DNA of 64,000 nt from Ophelia neglecta (GCA_965285935.1 OZ260665.1:27218001-27282000), one strand, 5' to 3'; shown: positions 1 through 14,591, counted from the stretch's first letter. Numbers and translations are program-made. Notes: generated by a model not told the origin, from the sequence alone.

Positions 1-119
1 GACAATTGGAGTATGATTTGTCTGTATAATGAGTAGTAGTTGCTGTGTTTCGTGCCATGGTTCGATAATTGAGCTTTGGAGATAGGCATGTTAGATGATT
101 ACTTGACACAGATAGATTC

Positions 120-590
120 TCCACAAAGACAGCAGTCTAAGATATAAATATCTTATATTATATCTTTAATAGTAGGCTGGGGGTCTGATGTGTAACTGTC
201 TTACTATACCTTTAAACAAAGAAATGGGCTCCCATATATAATGATCACATTATTCTTTTTAAACAAAGATAGGGGGTCTAGAATATAACTATATCTCACC
301 GTACTTTTAAACAAAGTCATTGGGTCTTATGTATTATTTGTAAATTGTACTTTTTAAAGTGACAGAGGGGTTTAATACGAAACTATCTTATTCTACTTTC
401 TGAGCAAAGACTTGGCGTCTGATATGTAACTATCTGGCTGTAATCTGTAAACAAAGACAGGGGTTAATACCTAACTATGTTATTGCTCATGTAAACAAGG
501 ACAAGGGTGTTAATATGTAACTGTTTCAGTGCAACTTTATACAAAAACAGAGGTGGTTTAATCTTGCAACTATGCAACTATCACACTGTA
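120..590. repeat. Degenerate ~46-48 bp tandem repeat
   Basis: Recurring AAACAAAGAC-RGGG-TCT-AATATGTAACTATCT motif at about 214, 261, 309, 404, 449, 493 and 540; strongly decayed. Confidence 0.6.
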
Positions 591-1053
591 CATTACGCAA
601 ACATTTTGAAACAGAATGAACATGTTTTTGATGGGTAACCTTCTTATTGCTCTTTACTACAGACTTGAGATATCAAATAATATTTTGAGGCAACAGTTGC
701 CTAATGAATCATTTTTGGCAGTGGCATGAAGCAGCTTGGTGGACAGTGTGGGGAAGCTGCTCCTCCAGAACCAGAGGAAGTATGCCTTGGTATCACACTG
801 GGATACCGATACATGTACCACTGTAGGAGCCTCCCTAGTAGAAAGCTCTGGCCATTGGGACAGCATGCTGATGATGACACTGATATGAACAAGCAGGATT
901 TGTCTTTAGTGTGCCCAGTCTTTTGTTGATGTTGGTCTGAGATGTTTTTCCCTTAGTTTTCACAATAAAGTGGATCAGACTCTTGCTTCTAACTATTTAA
1001 GCCTACTTCATTAAAACATTTCCATTCCTTTTATGCTTAAAAGTAGCATAACG

Positions 1054-1563
1054 TAAATACCTCCCAGGTTATACAGGTTTATAGGGGACAGTCCAGGTAT
1101 TACAAGATAAATACCTCCCAGAGACATGTACAGGTTAATAGGGAACAGTCCAGGTATTACAAGATAAATACCTCCCAGAGACATGTACAGGTTTATAGGG
1201 GACAGTCCAGGTATTACAAGATAAATACCTCCCAGAGACATGTACAGGTTTATAGGGGACAGTCCAGGTATTACAAGATAAATACCTCCCAGAGACATGT
1301 ACAGGTTTATAGGGGACAGTCCAGGTATAACCTCCCAGAGACATGTACAGGTTTATAGGGGACAGTTCAGGTATTACAAGATAAATACCTCCCAGAGACA
1401 TGTACAGGTGTATAGGGGACAGTCCAGGTATTACAAGATAAATACCTCCCAGAGACATGTACAGGTTTATAGAGGGCAGTCCAGGTATAACATCCCAGAG
1501 GCGAGTACAGGTTTATTGATGACAATCTAGATATTACCAGATAAACACCTCCCAGAGACATGT
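1054..1563. repeat. 57-bp minisatellite, ~9 copies
   Basis: Unit ATAAATACCTCCCAGAGACATGTACAGGTTTATAGGGGACAGTCCAGGTATTACAAG; matches the 19-aa period of the spurious ORFs; some units carry internal deletions. Confidence 0.95.
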
Positions 1564-3894
1564 AGAGTAGTTAACTATTGATGTATTTCAGTATTTTTCA
1601 GTATATATTTATACATCCCAAATGAAATTTTATTGTATTAAATCCTCAGTGGTTTATTATGATTTGCTAAGAACTTGATAGTAGAGTCCAGTTTATACAT
1701 TGTGTAGCCCCCTTCCTCCAGAAAAGTTGTATGGCCAATCTGTGATTATATAAAATGCCTTAGAAACGGGTTTTAATAACACCATATTATGATGCTTATG
1801 AGGCAGGCAATATTAGTATCTCAGCTTCATATTTTTTAAAGACTGATATTAACTGTTTTTAGACACCATTCAGTGTTTTTTCCTGCCCATTTCTTTCACT
1901 TTCGTTGGTGTTCTGCCTGACAGTGAGCACTCAAGGCTAACTCTCTGTCGTAAATTTATGGCCATATTTGGCATCTAAATTGACTGAAGTCATATTGCAC
2001 TACCCACGGTCTGTCTGTCTAATGCAATGGATATTAATCTGATCTCATAAAATACATTATATTATCAGGAGGAAACTATCAAATATTGAGGAAGATCTAC
2101 AGAGATAAATAGGAAAAATGCCAAATCCCATCCAAAGTAACTTTGAGGCAGACTGTTTTATTGGATTTTTTTTCTTAGGAGATGGTTTATGGAGAGTATG
2201 TCTTAAAAATAGAAAGTCTAATATTTGTGAAGACATAAATCAATTCATACCAGTATTTCAGCAGTATATTATTGCCCCACACTGTTTGAATAAAAAGTGG
2301 GGATATTTTTTCTTCTTGGGGATGAGGGAGAATATGCTGCTGCTGCTGCCGGTAAAGGTGTGGCTGATTGTTTTAGTGTTTAACTGAGAAAAAGTAATGA
2401 GGGACAAAGTAACCATTTGTCATATATATGTGAATGGATGCTTTGTTTGGAGTAGGAAAAGGAATGTCCTGCTGCATATAGTACTTATACAACTAGAATT
2501 GTGAACATCAAACTTTGTTACTAGGACATGGTACATTATTATAGTCACTGGCTGAAATTGACTTGGATGAATTATTATATAATCTTTACTACAAAAAAGT
2601 TTTCATGATATATGTGACTTTGACCAACATGTTCAAGGTCAAAGTAGGAAAGAAGTCATGGTAAATTAATCTTTTAGAAATCAACTAGCCTACTGCTGTA
2701 TATATTTTCTATCTTTATAGATATATGGGTGGCATGTGTTTCTAAATGCCTTGCCTTATTATTCTGTCATTTTTCTTCAGAGTGCAGGTCACAGGCTACA
2801 GACAAGCCAGAAGATCATAAGAAGAGTGTCCCTAGCCTGGCCTCACATGGCTCGTGCCAGTAGTTATTAAACCTAGAGAATTGTGTAGTGTATAGCTGCC
2901 AAAGTCTTGTGCCCTAGGCATAAAGAACGCCTTATCAAGCCACTATTTTTCCTGGTGCATAATAGTTCATCCCATGTGGGCCTCATTTCACAATTACAGT
3001 GCCCTGTATTGCCTGTGGGCACACCACAGTGGTGACGTCCATGGCCAAGCAGGCAGTGCCTGTGGAGGCGGCAGATCTATCAGTGTTTTTCTTGTAAATA
3101 TTCCATTTTATCTCTTTATGAATTATGATGGCCTTAATTGAGCCAGCGAGGCTATTTTGAGGCAATCAGTTTAGACATAAGGCCTGATGTACGTCCTGTG
3201 CTAATTGTGATTCATGGCAACATATAGCTAGGTAATTATTTAAACATAGGCAAAAAGGTTCTATTCCAACATCCAGATACTCTGATATTAAAACTTGTAG
3301 TTAATTTTTCCTGTCATAAAAGCACACAGTAACAGCTGATGTTTTCTCCTCGGTCTAACTATCTTGGCTACCAGATTGACATTGCCTTGATCTTGTGTGT
3401 TGTGTTCAACACTCGTGAAAACTCAGGCTGGGGCTGCCGGCTTCATACAAACTTGATGTTTAGAGACAGAGGCGTCCCGTAGTGTGTAGACTCTGGTCCA
3501 GCGTCTGAGCCAGAGGCATGTGGAGGAACTTACCTGGTATGAACATTACATGTCCTGACCCTCTCTACCTACTTACTATTATCAATATTGTATCCCTGGC
3601 TAAAAGGATGAGCATTTACTGTACCCTCCAACCAATGGAACACTAATCCCAGCGGCAGCTCCTCGTTATAATTTCATGGTGGATATCAAGGGATCAAATC
3701 AGCCAGCGTGGCTAAGCTCGTCTTCGGCTTTGTTTAAGGCTAATAATTAAACCATCAGACTAAAACAAATCCAATACCACTAAGGAAATATTGAGCTTTA
3801 TAGAAGATGTATGTATGGTTAGAATGGTAGAGAAATTTAGAACTATGCATGTATGGTCAGACCTGTAGGGAACCAATATAGGCCTATACTGTAT

Positions 3895-4226
3895 GCTTAG
3901 AGATGAAAAGACCCTTAGATAAACTTATGGTCATAGCTGTGGGGACCCTAAGATGCACTGTTAGAGGTAAATAGACCCTTAGATACACTGCAAGAGCTAC
4001 AGGGGTCCCTGCAATGTAGGGCCATCCCTAAGGAAAAGTGGCCCTACATTGCAGGTGGCCCTTCATCGGAGGTACTTTAAGTTGGAAAAGATAGGACATG
4101 GGAATACAAAAAGTATCCTGCCATCGCAGATGGCCCTTTATTGGAGGGGCCCTACATCGCAGGGACCACTGTATAGGGACCCTTTGATACACTGTTAGAG
4201 CTTAAGAGACCCTTAGATACACTGTT
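3895..4226. repeat. Degenerate ~30-bp tandem repeat interrupted by a MITE
   Basis: GACCCTTAGATACACTG-type motif at ~3944, 3974, 4178 and 4208; the 30-bp phase is restored when the 172-bp MITE plus TA is removed. Confidence 0.75.
4000..4171. mobile_element. MITE, Tc1/mariner-pogo type (non-autonomous)
   Basis: 24-bp TIRs CAGGGGTCCCTGCAATGTAGGGCC (4000-4023) and GGCCCTACATCGCAGGGACCACTG (4148-4171), 2 mismatches; TA at both flanks (3998-3999, 4172-4173); internal subterminal repeats. Confidence 0.85.
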
Positions 4227-5751
4227 GGGCTATATTTTTGTCAATTCGTATATTATTGTTAAGGTGCCAAGTAAACAGAAGGAAAGAATGATTATGAGAA
4301 AAATTTAACATAATATGAGTGATCTCATTTAGTTTGCATATTGTGCTGAAGGCTGTGCTGGCCTACTCAGTTGGACCAGGAGTCCTTATTATCATCAGTC
4401 CTAAAACAGTTCTAACTGACCGGTCCTCTATGGCACAGTCGGGTCATGTGTTCAGAGTTAAAGCATCTGATACATGACCAAAGAAGTGGGAGAATGCCAG
4501 TTTGAATCCTGTCAGAGATGGGTAATCTTTCTGCTTCAGGCGGCTGCAACCCAGGGTAGGCATGCTACAGGCCTAGGGAGAGGGTAGAAAGCCACGCAAC
4601 GGAGCATCATCCCCTTAAAGGATGAGTCAAAGGGGGTAGACAGGGGCTATTACCTAGTGTTCTAGGGAGGACTACATGGCAGTCCCACAGGTGGCGAGAG
4701 GTCAGCCTGCCTGGGTAACTCTGGGGTAGTGTTCAGCATGGTCCAGCATAGGCTATGACCAATCACATTGATAGGGAGATGGCTCTCTCAGCCTGTCAAG
4801 CAGTCCCTTAGCAAAATGCACCCCTATAATATAAAAGTATATGTAAATATATGATGTGGAATCAATGTTTATGTCCAATGTAGGGGGTGTGCAACTAAAA
4901 ACACCAAGATGGCCAAAGAAGATTTTTTCTTAAAATGTTCTAATTTGCCAAAGCCCTGTTTTTTTCCTTGTCATCTATAATGTCACCAATAAAAATATTT
5001 TTTCAGTTTTTGTGTATAATAAATATAAAAGAAACTAGTAGGCCATGTTATATGTAAGTTGTACTTAATCTGCCAAAAACATTCAGGGGAAAATGGGATT
5101 CATTAAGAGAGGCATACACATACACAAGGAATGGAAAAATGAAAATAATAAATGTTTTTCCAATCGTTATATATTTCATTTAATTATTACTTCCCTTAAC
5201 TCTTATTTTTTTATGCTCAAAGTGTAACTTCCTTTTTGGTAGTGGTAGTAGGAGTGTATTAATGGGGATCAAGTGAGCCACCAATCTGAAGTCCTAGCCA
5301 GTTAACACTGGTGTTTGATGCAAGCCATGGTTATGACCTATAGCTAGCTAGCTTCCAGATCTAATATTTGCAAGTGATTAGTGGTCTATACACGATTGTC
5401 ACAATAAGACCTACACACTGAAGCTGATCACAGATGGTAGGGGCCCAGCTGTAATTTGTGTCGGAGTCCCCATTGGAGTTCTGATATTGCTGTGACAGGC
5501 TGGCCCCTAGAGATGATCCACCAATGACCTCTGGTTGCGTTTAGAGTGACATTGATGCCACTCTTTGCCTACAGGGCACCTCCTCTGGTCCTAGCGTCCA
5601 GCAGAATTAATAAACTCATCTCTGCTACAATGGAGCCAAAATTCAATAACCTTTTAGAAATATGCAAAAGACTATGAACTGGCTTCCCAAACAAACCTGA
5701 CCCTGATGGGACATCAGGCAAAAAGATCTGTTCTGCCTCAACAAAACTCCT

Positions 5752-7051
5752 TGCCATGTCCTGTGTGACCTTACCATGTCCTGTGTGAGCCTTAAACCAT
5801 GTCCAGTGTGAGCCCCAATCTGCTGTATCCCTGCCATGTCCTGTGTGAGCCTCAATCTGCTGTATCCCTGCCATGTCCTGTGTGAGCCCCAATCTGCTGT
5901 TTCCATGCCATGTCCCATGTGAGCCCCAATGTGCTGTTCTCCTGCCATGTCCCATGTGAGCCCCAATCTGCTGTTCTCCTGCCATGTCCTGTGTGAGCCT
6001 CAATCTGCTGTATCCCTGCCATGTCCCATGTGAGTCCCTATCTGCTGTACCCCTGCCTTTTCCTGTGTGAGCCCTAATCTGCTGTGTCCCTGCCATGTCC
6101 CATGTGAGCCCCAATCTGCTGTATCCCTGCCATGTCCCATGTGAGCCCCAATCTGCTGTGTCCCTGCCATGTCCCATGTGAGCCCCAATCTGCTGTAACC
6201 CTGCCATGTCCCATGTGAGCCCCAATCTGCTGTATCCCTGCTATGTCCCATGTGAGCCCCAATCTGCTGTTTCCCTGCCATGTCCTGTGTGAGCCCCAAT
6301 CTGCTGTATCCCTGCCATGTCCCATGTGAGCCCCAATCTGCTGTATCCCTGCTATGTCCCATGTGAGCCCCAATCTGCTGTTTCCCTGCCATGTCCTGTG
6401 TGAGCCCCAATCTGCTGTATCCCTGCCATGTCCTGGGTGAGCCCCAATCTGCTATATCCCTGTTATGTCCAGTGTGAGCCCCAATCTGCTGTATCCCTGC
6501 CATGTCCCATGTGAGCCCCAATGTGCTGTTCTCCTGCCATGTCCCATGTGAGCCCCAATCTGCTGTTCTTCTGCCATGTCCTGTGTGAGCCCCAATCTGC
6601 TGTGTCCCTGCCATGTCCCATGTGAGCCCCAATCTGCTGTATCCCTGCCATGTCCCATGTGAGCCCCAATCTGCTGTTTCCCTGCCATGTCCTGTGTGAG
6701 CCCCAATCTGCTGTATCCCTGCCATGTCCTGTGTGAGCCCCAATCTGCTGTATCCCTGCCATGTCCCATGTGAGCCCCAATCTGCTGTATCCCTGCTATG
6801 TCCCATGTGAGCCCCAATCTGCTGTTTCCCTGCCATGTCCTGTGTGAGCCCCAATCTGCTGTATCCCTGCCATGTCCTGTGTGAGCCTCAATCTGCTGTA
6901 TCCCTGCCATGTCTTGTGTGAGCCTCAATCTGCTGTTTCCCTGCCATATCCTGTGTGAGCCCCAATCTGCTGTATCCCTGCCATGTCCTGGGTGAGCCCC
7001 AATCTGCTGTATCCCTGCCATGTCCTGTGTGAGCCCCAATCTGCTGTATCC
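5752..7051. repeat. 37-bp minisatellite, ~34 copies
   Basis: Unit GCCATGTCCCATGTGAGCCCCAATCTGCTGTATCCCT; explains the overlapping minus-strand ORFs with a 37-aa period. Confidence 0.97.
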
Positions 7052-10000
7052 TTGTGTGATACATCTAAGCCAGCAGCTGAAAATAACTTTTTTTGTGGAT
7101 TTATGAAGCTGAAGAGCAAAACATTCTTTGGAAATTATTAAAGGTAATGTCCCTTTAGTGTACACAGCTGTAAGTTGAAGCCAGGGATATGAGCTGGCCC
7201 ATTCAACAACTTGAATTGTTATTGAATTAAGCATTAAGAATGTGCTAGAGAAGAGCCCCTTGTGTCCTTTGACAAGCACATGTCACCCACTCTGACCATG
7301 TATCTTCACAGCTTGCATTTCCACCCTGCTTGGAAATACAAAGATAAACTTACATCTAGGTTTCTTTAGTCAAATTTTTCAATATTTAATGTGGGAATGG
7401 TTTTTAGACCAGGGAATCAAAACTGAACATCTGACCAGTAGAAATGGTTGCACTTTACAGGCACAAAAGGCCAGAACTCCGCTGGCATCCAAAGTGTTAA
7501 AAGTGTCTATTTTGAGGCTTTTCTAGACTAGAAATTGTCACAGGGAGCTTATTTGAAAGCCATATTGGATTTATGCAAATGAAGGAACTATATCCAACAT
7601 ATATAACATGACTTTCTGCAAGGCTTTCCCATCCTTCAACCATACATTTACACCTTTTAATCTTTATTGTATCAATTTTAAAAGCTTTTCTTGACAAGTA
7701 ATTGGTATAAAAAGCTTTTTTAGCAGCCATTTATGAAAATAAAGTATGTTTCCCAACAATGTTTTGTGCAAATTTATTGTATGTTGTTCCATGGAGGTAC
7801 CTGAGCTGTGAACAAAAACTTCTGCATTGCAATGAGCCTTTTACATCAATCAGATTTAATAAGCCTGTTTTGAAATTGTGTAGGGGCATGGTCTCCTCAA
7901 TTTAAAAAGAAAATAGGCAGTTACAGTATAGCAAAACAGACACACAAATTTTAAATTGGACCTAACAATTTGAAAATTACCTATGAATTGAATAGCTTTC
8001 CTCTGACATTAAGTTACTGCGCATAGCACCAGACTGGAAATATATGTTTAACTCTGGCTGCCTGCTATGGAGGGCAGAGCTTGTATTCAGTGTTAAAAGA
8101 GTGCAACCTGGACTCTGATGGTGTGGTTTAATTCTGGGAGTGGTGTCCACCCTGTGCTCTCAGGCCGAGTGTATCCCTACCCAAACCTACCTGGGGAATG
8201 AACCCTGCCAGTTATTCATGTTAAGGGACCCTATGGACTTCTTTCTGCTTATATTTAAATGAAATATTCATGTAGTAGCTCTGGACAATTTTATTATCAC
8301 CAAATTCTATGAGCAGGTCTGGACCCCTTGGCACAGTTCATTACAGCAGAGGCCAGTGGGTGAAGGCTGGCTGGATGAGCACGGCCCACATTCAAGACAC
8401 TGCTCCACAATTCTCATACAACAGCCAAGAGTTCACCTCATTGAATAGACAATCATCTTCTTTACTGTTGATTGCTACAATGGTGCTTCAAGTCTGGAGT
8501 TTGAATAATTTAGCAGAAGTCAGGATGCAATAGGGGTAGTAATTAGTAAGAGAATTCCATTCCATCAGTGATAGTAAGGGTACACTGCTCAGATGTGGCT
8601 GATGGCTATGCAATGGTTTTCCTTAATGGTTCTTTCAGCTAGTTGTCTCTTGTCTTGTCCCTGGTCTCCTGTCATGTCTCTTCATCTGCTCCTAGTCAGG
8701 GCGTATCAGGCATTAGGGGACAATCACATTAAAACACCATTCTTTTGTTTTCAGCTTGATGCATTTTATGCCACATCCATTGTTATATCATTGCTTTCCT
8801 TGATTTTCTAGGGATGAGTCATTTTAATCTAGTCAATCCATTCTCATAAAGACGTATTAGTTGATGGCAGATATTGTGGCAAGCATATGCTGCCCACTGG
8901 TCTCAGGCTTAGCATGACAAATTACCATACAATGCATATTCTGTGGCTGATATTCTGCCTTAAGATATTGTAGATGAGTAAGCTTGTGAAACGCCTGTAG
9001 TGTTGGTGTCAGGACAAGTATCATGATACTCTGTTTTTCCTGTAGAAGATTACCCTGCCCAGTCTGTTTTGGTATTAAATTGCTAGACAATGTTTAGTTT
9101 GTAGCGCCTACCCAATAAGCTTATAGTGTCTGCATGGTACGAAGTCACTTCAACTCTTGTTGCGGACACGTTTGCTGACAATGAACATTGATTAAGCAAT
9201 TTGGCATGCTCTCTCCAAGGACCCTCTGTCCAAACGCCAAACTCATCCAAGGATGCTCCCTGCTTCATCTGGGGAAATCTTCTAATTAGGAGAGCATGAA
9301 AAGTCACTCATTGGCAATGAGTCTTGGGGACAGACCAGAGGGCCTGGTGTGGTGTGTCATAATATCATCACGGGCAGGTTTCTATACACGCTTCAATGGG
9401 ACTTCCAAAATACAAAATCAAATCTACGACACCACCTGCTCAATAAAAGATGCATTGTGGGTTCACTAAAGGCAGGTAATAAAAAACTAAGTTATCACCA
9501 ACTTGACAAATTGGATTCGTGTATCGCTCACACAGGCCACCAGGGGTCAGTGCTGTTATGCGTGGGGAAATTAGATTTTTCAAGCTAAGAGATCTAAATG
9601 ATTTGATTCTCGGTGATATGATGGCAGGTCTATGAGCAGCCTGTGATGCTGGGGGCAACAGTTAATGTCTGTTCATCTCTCCTCGGACTACAATGTCTGT
9701 GAGCTAGCCAATTGGAGAAACAACGGTGGTAGGCATCCTCACAAATATCTGTTGCTTTCTTCAAACAAAGATGTAGATTGTATTGTACTTGTGATAGCAG
9801 TGGATGCCTTCATGGACTGAGCCACTTTAACTGTGGCTGCCACATTTAATTGAGCCACAATAAAAACAGTTGTAGAGTAATTGTTAGATATTAAATAATA
9901 TGCTGATGATAAGTATGGTTAGTTTTTAAATTATAGCTCACATTGTTTACCAACCTACATGTCCCTTGCTGACAACTGCCAAGTCTGAATTTGTCGTAAT

Positions 10001-12480
10001 TATCGATGGTTTTTTGTCAGACGTTGATCGTTGATGTACCCAATATGGTGATACTTGTATTGAGTTTAGATTGACCATTTTAAGTAGCGTATTATTGAGA
10101 GACTGAGTTGGCCTGCCCTCTACAAATGTCCTCCTGCTATGACAGAATTATGTGTAATTTATGTTACTGTTGAAAGATGGTTCTTCCCCAATATTGCAGA
10201 AGTCAATAATCAATTAAGTGGTGAGGGGCCTGCCTAATCTTAGTGGAATGCTACCATACAAGGAAGTGTGCTGAGGCCACGTGACCTGCCCACACAGATG
10301 GCCACGTTCCATTGTCCTGGTCATGTCCGAGTCTTACTGGGGACCAGCAGGAACGCCTGATACCGGGACCTGACACGTCCAAATCATCTCCTGTTACTGG
10401 AGCTCTAGTGTTATATTTACATGCTCCAGGTTCAGGAAATACTTCAGTTATAAGAGATGGATTAATTAGGTCTCCCCTCAGTCTTTGGGGGGGGGGGGAG
10501 TCTTATACAGTTAATTTTGTCCATCTATCTATCATTAACTCCATCCATCTATCCATCCATCCATCCAAAGTCTAAAACAACAACATCACCTTGTAGGCGT
10601 GCTAAATTTTCTTGATGCAATAACTGTATCAATGACCATGCATGTTGCTATGTAAATTTTAAGAAAATGTGTCATTCTTTCACAATGCATTTCTTGGCTT
10701 ACCTGCAGGCATGCAGAGCGGATGTGGGATTGGGAGGACGAGGGAGTGATTACAAACATTTATATAAGTTTATTTAACATTGTAATGCAAACAAAGTCTA
10801 TCATATATATTTGACATTTTGCAGGGCATGTTTGGTAATATTCCTTCCCGATATGCAGTTTTTGTGAACCAAATTGGTGAGATTATCTGTATTCAATTAG
10901 ATAGGAATTGTGTTAAGAAGAGACTGGAGAGCTCCCCTGGTTAATTATTGCTCATGGATTGAGGAAAAAAGATTTTTCTTTCACTGCCAATGTATTATGA
11001 GTCCAGGAGAAGGCTGCAGTTGACAGTTTTCCTACTAATTTGGCAGTGAAATCTGTCAAGGACTGTTAATGGGCTTGTCATGTAGACAAGATTCCCCGGG
11101 ATAAAACCACTGGCACCCCTCTCCGGCGGTGCCCTTGTCGACCACACTCTTAAGGCATCACATCACAGCCAGCAGATTATATATCTACCAGGCTACACTG
11201 ATGAAGCAGTAAAGGCACGTCAAAAGACAGCCCCAAAAAACATGTACAAATAGTCATATTTGTCAGTAGGGAACTGCTTCAGAGGCAGCCAGATCAGTCG
11301 GTTAGTTACTGGTATTTTCAAAAGTGCACAGGACTTATATTGAATGAGAACAAAATTATGATTATATAAATAAGATTATGTCTTACCACAATTTTCTCTG
11401 CATGTACATATAGAATTAGTAGACTTACTGTTTGTAGACTCTTCTAACTTAGTGAAGTACAACTTTAATATATATAATTTTATAAAAATAACTTCAATTG
11501 AGCAGATTGCATTGGTATGTAGAGGGCATAAAAACTGTTACAAGTCCCAAGTGTTACCTGAAAGTATATAGTGTCTCATAACCCTGATAGTGTGCTATAT
11601 ATGTATGAGTATTTCTCCAGGGATAAATATATATGATTTTGTAAGACAAATACAGTTATATACTCATGTGTATATTCAGTACTGGTAATATGTTCTGCTC
11701 AAGTTAATTCACTTATACCTCCATAGCCAGCTACACTAATATGTTGGATATAATCGTTGAAAACTTTGTCAACATTTCAATCCGACCCATTCCATGGTGT
11801 TCACTTGTTGTACTATTGTGTCATACATATATATATATGTCTGAAACAATTGTGAAATGTATCTGACAGTAGTCGCCAGTGGCCCTGTGATATGTTGTTG
11901 ACTCTTTTCGCCTGTGGCGCCAACAGGGTTCAAGGAAATTTAACACATTATGGTATTAAGTGGTGGATTCTGGGAGTGATCTTTTCGTTATCACCAGTCT
12001 ATAGATGATTGATTGCTAGTTGGTATGAGAAGTATCTACCTCTTTACATGACCTACACGTAGGCTGACACCTGGTGTGGCAATCACAAATTACTTGCCAC
12101 CTTAGCGTGCCTGGCCTGGTGCCATTATCAGGATATTACACGGCTTACGGTGTTGTGCGACTACCCCTCCTCTACCGCTCTCCGATGATGTATGACTCAA
12201 TTTGGCCGTACATCTGGTCTAATCATAGCCAGACTAAAGCTTAAGGTGGCCTCGTCTGGCATTCGAAATGACTGCCCACCTTCTCTGGGCTTGTATTATT
12301 TGTCAGTTTATTTCTAGACAACCCAGGCAGGCAGCAGACACATCATAATCAGCCTGGAATACATAGCACATCCCAAATATCAGTAGGGACATGTCAACAA
12401 ATGTCTTCAAATTTAAAACATGGACCAAAAACAGATAAACATTCAGCTTCCAACCATTAAGACTCTACTGGGTAGAATGA

Positions 12481-12922
12481 GTACAGCAATGCTACAACTA
12501 CAGCAGTGCTTTAAATACAGCAATGCTTCAAATACAGCAATGCCTCAAATGCTTCAAATACAGCAATGCTTCAAATGCTTCAAATACAGCAATGCTTCAA
12601 AGACAGCAATGCTTCAAATATGCAATGCTTTAAATACAGCAATGCTTCAAATACAGCAATGCTTCAAATATAGCAATGCTTTAAATGCAGCAATGCTTTA
12701 AATACAGCAATGCTTTAAATACAGCAATGTTTCAAATACGCAATGCTTTAAATACAGCAATGCTTCAAATACGCAATGCTTCAAATACAGCAATGCTTCA
12801 GCAATGCTTCAAATACAGCAATGCTTCAAATACAGCAATGCTTCAAATGCGCAATGCTTCAAATACAGCAATGCTTCAAATGCTTCAAATACAGCAATGC
12901 TTTAAATACAGGAATGCTTCAA
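12481..12922. repeat. 17-bp minisatellite with shorter variant units
   Basis: Unit CAAATACAGCAATGCTT with 16-bp and 9-bp derivatives. Confidence 0.95.
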
Positions 12923-13033
12923 AAGGACTCGATTAACTGTCTTAGGAACTGGTAAAAAAAATCGGGAGAGAGAGCCAGGATAAAACCCAAGAGACACCGC
13001 CAAAAATACACATTATCCACATCAGGAAACAGT

Positions 13034-13037
<4 letters not shown>

Positions 13038-13088
<51 letters not shown>

Positions 13089-13100
13089 AAATAATAATAA
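13038..13100. repeat. (TAA)n microsatellite
   Basis: About 20 TAA units with 2 interruptions. Confidence 0.95.
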
Positions 13101-13455
13101 AGATTTTTTTTTATATTTCAAACAATTTATGGCAATTGAAGGGCCTGCAGGCCTGCTATATAGGAAGCACACCTATATACATACTAGGCTATCTACTAGG
13201 CTAGGAACACACAATCCTAGGCCCAGGCTATCTTACCACTGAGCAGCCTCATATAGGCACAAGGTTATTTATCTGTAAAATGGTTTAGCTGATAAGAATT
13301 AGGCTTAGAGAGAAGCCTTAATGTGAGGTGTTAGTGTAAACCAATGCCTACCATTTGGGCCCTATTTGATATCAAAGAAGATGTCATTATCATCAAAAAC
13401 CAAACACAGCACAGTCACTGCCACTGGGATTACTGGTTATAGCAAGAAAATCATA

Positions 13456-13610
13456 TAGTGAAACCTGCCTTAAAGACCACCTCTTTAGGCCACTATTATA
13501 AGGCCATATTGTGTACTTCCAATTTAAAATAACCTTTACAAACAGACCACCTCTATAATCAGCGTAGTATTTTCCAGTCCCTTGGTGGTATTAATTCACA
13601 GGTTTCACTG
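13456..13610. mobile_element. MITE, Tc1/mariner-pogo/Tigger type
   Basis: TIRs TAGTGAAACCTG (13456-13467) and CAGGTTTCACTG (13599-13610), 11/12 match, with weaker similarity extending to ACCACC; TA on both sides; internal AGACCACCTCT repeated. Confidence 0.75.
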
Positions 13611-14591
13611 TAGCTTGTTGCTAATATTGTGGGAACTTGTGAAGGCTGAGCTAACTGACAATTTGTCAGGCCCCTAATAAAAATTTCTGAAAGGAAAAAG
13701 GAGATGGAAAAAAGTGGGGACACATCTGGAAAGTTACTCCAAACTGCTGCCATAACAAAACTTAAATTGCAGTATGTCAATTGGTTTGTTTATGAAAGGA
13801 AGAAAATGTTAAAAGAAACCTGACAAGTTTATCAAGAAGATGGCTGTTAGAAACACAATTTTATGGCCAATAACATGAGAGCCAGGCACTCCTGAGTGTT
13901 AGAGCCATGTCATGAAACTCTGTCATGGTCTTAGTACGTGGGAAAGCCATGTACAGTACTGTCATTATCCACATGCGCTTCTCAATTCTTGGATTTTGTA
14001 TCTGCTGAAAGAAGTAGGCGTTATTGGATAGGATAGGTTTAACTATCATTACATGGCACAACAGGGATTGCAGCCCAATGCCAAAACACTGAGCCAGCAA
14101 AGATCAGATCAGATAAAAGTAGAAAAAGAACTACAGTCTCATTTTTCCTGGTGTTTAAGCCCATTTTGGGTACCATCGTCAGCATTCAAAATCTATTAAA
14201 AACTATCTGCAAGTAAAAATAAGGAAACTTTATAGTCCTGATAGTTTATCCTATCAGCCTTGAAAAATTTAGTGAGAGCAGTCAGTAATCCATTTAAATT
14301 ACGGAAAAAATCAGTGTTCATGGTAGTTGTTGTGTCAAAGCCATGTATGCACTCTTTCATAGTCATGATCCCGGCGTTACTGAGCAGACGTCTCACTCTC
14401 CCAGAGTTCACCACTATTAATATATGTGATTACATGTAACTACTGATAACTACACTTGTATTCCATGGGCCTTGTGTAATCAATCATCATTCAAGATTAT
14501 CACAGGTGTAAAATCTCCTGCCTAAGAACATTACAGTAAGAATAGCTGGCTGTATAACAATCTGGTCTGACTAAGTGCCACTGTTTGTACG

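Noticed and set aside
2781-2863. Good acceptor followed by CRSQATDKPEDHKKSVPSLASHGSCQ*
   Set aside because: No matching donor or polyA context, and no compatible upstream exon identified.
5569-7279. Long overlapping minus-strand ORFs (up to 284 aa)
   Set aside because: They cycle through all three frames of a 37-bp repeat; artefacts of a stop-poor unit.
3520-10710. Minus-strand consensus donors (ACTTACCTG ~3528, CTTACCTG ~10698)
   Set aside because: No consistent associated open frames or acceptors; isolated matches are expected by chance.
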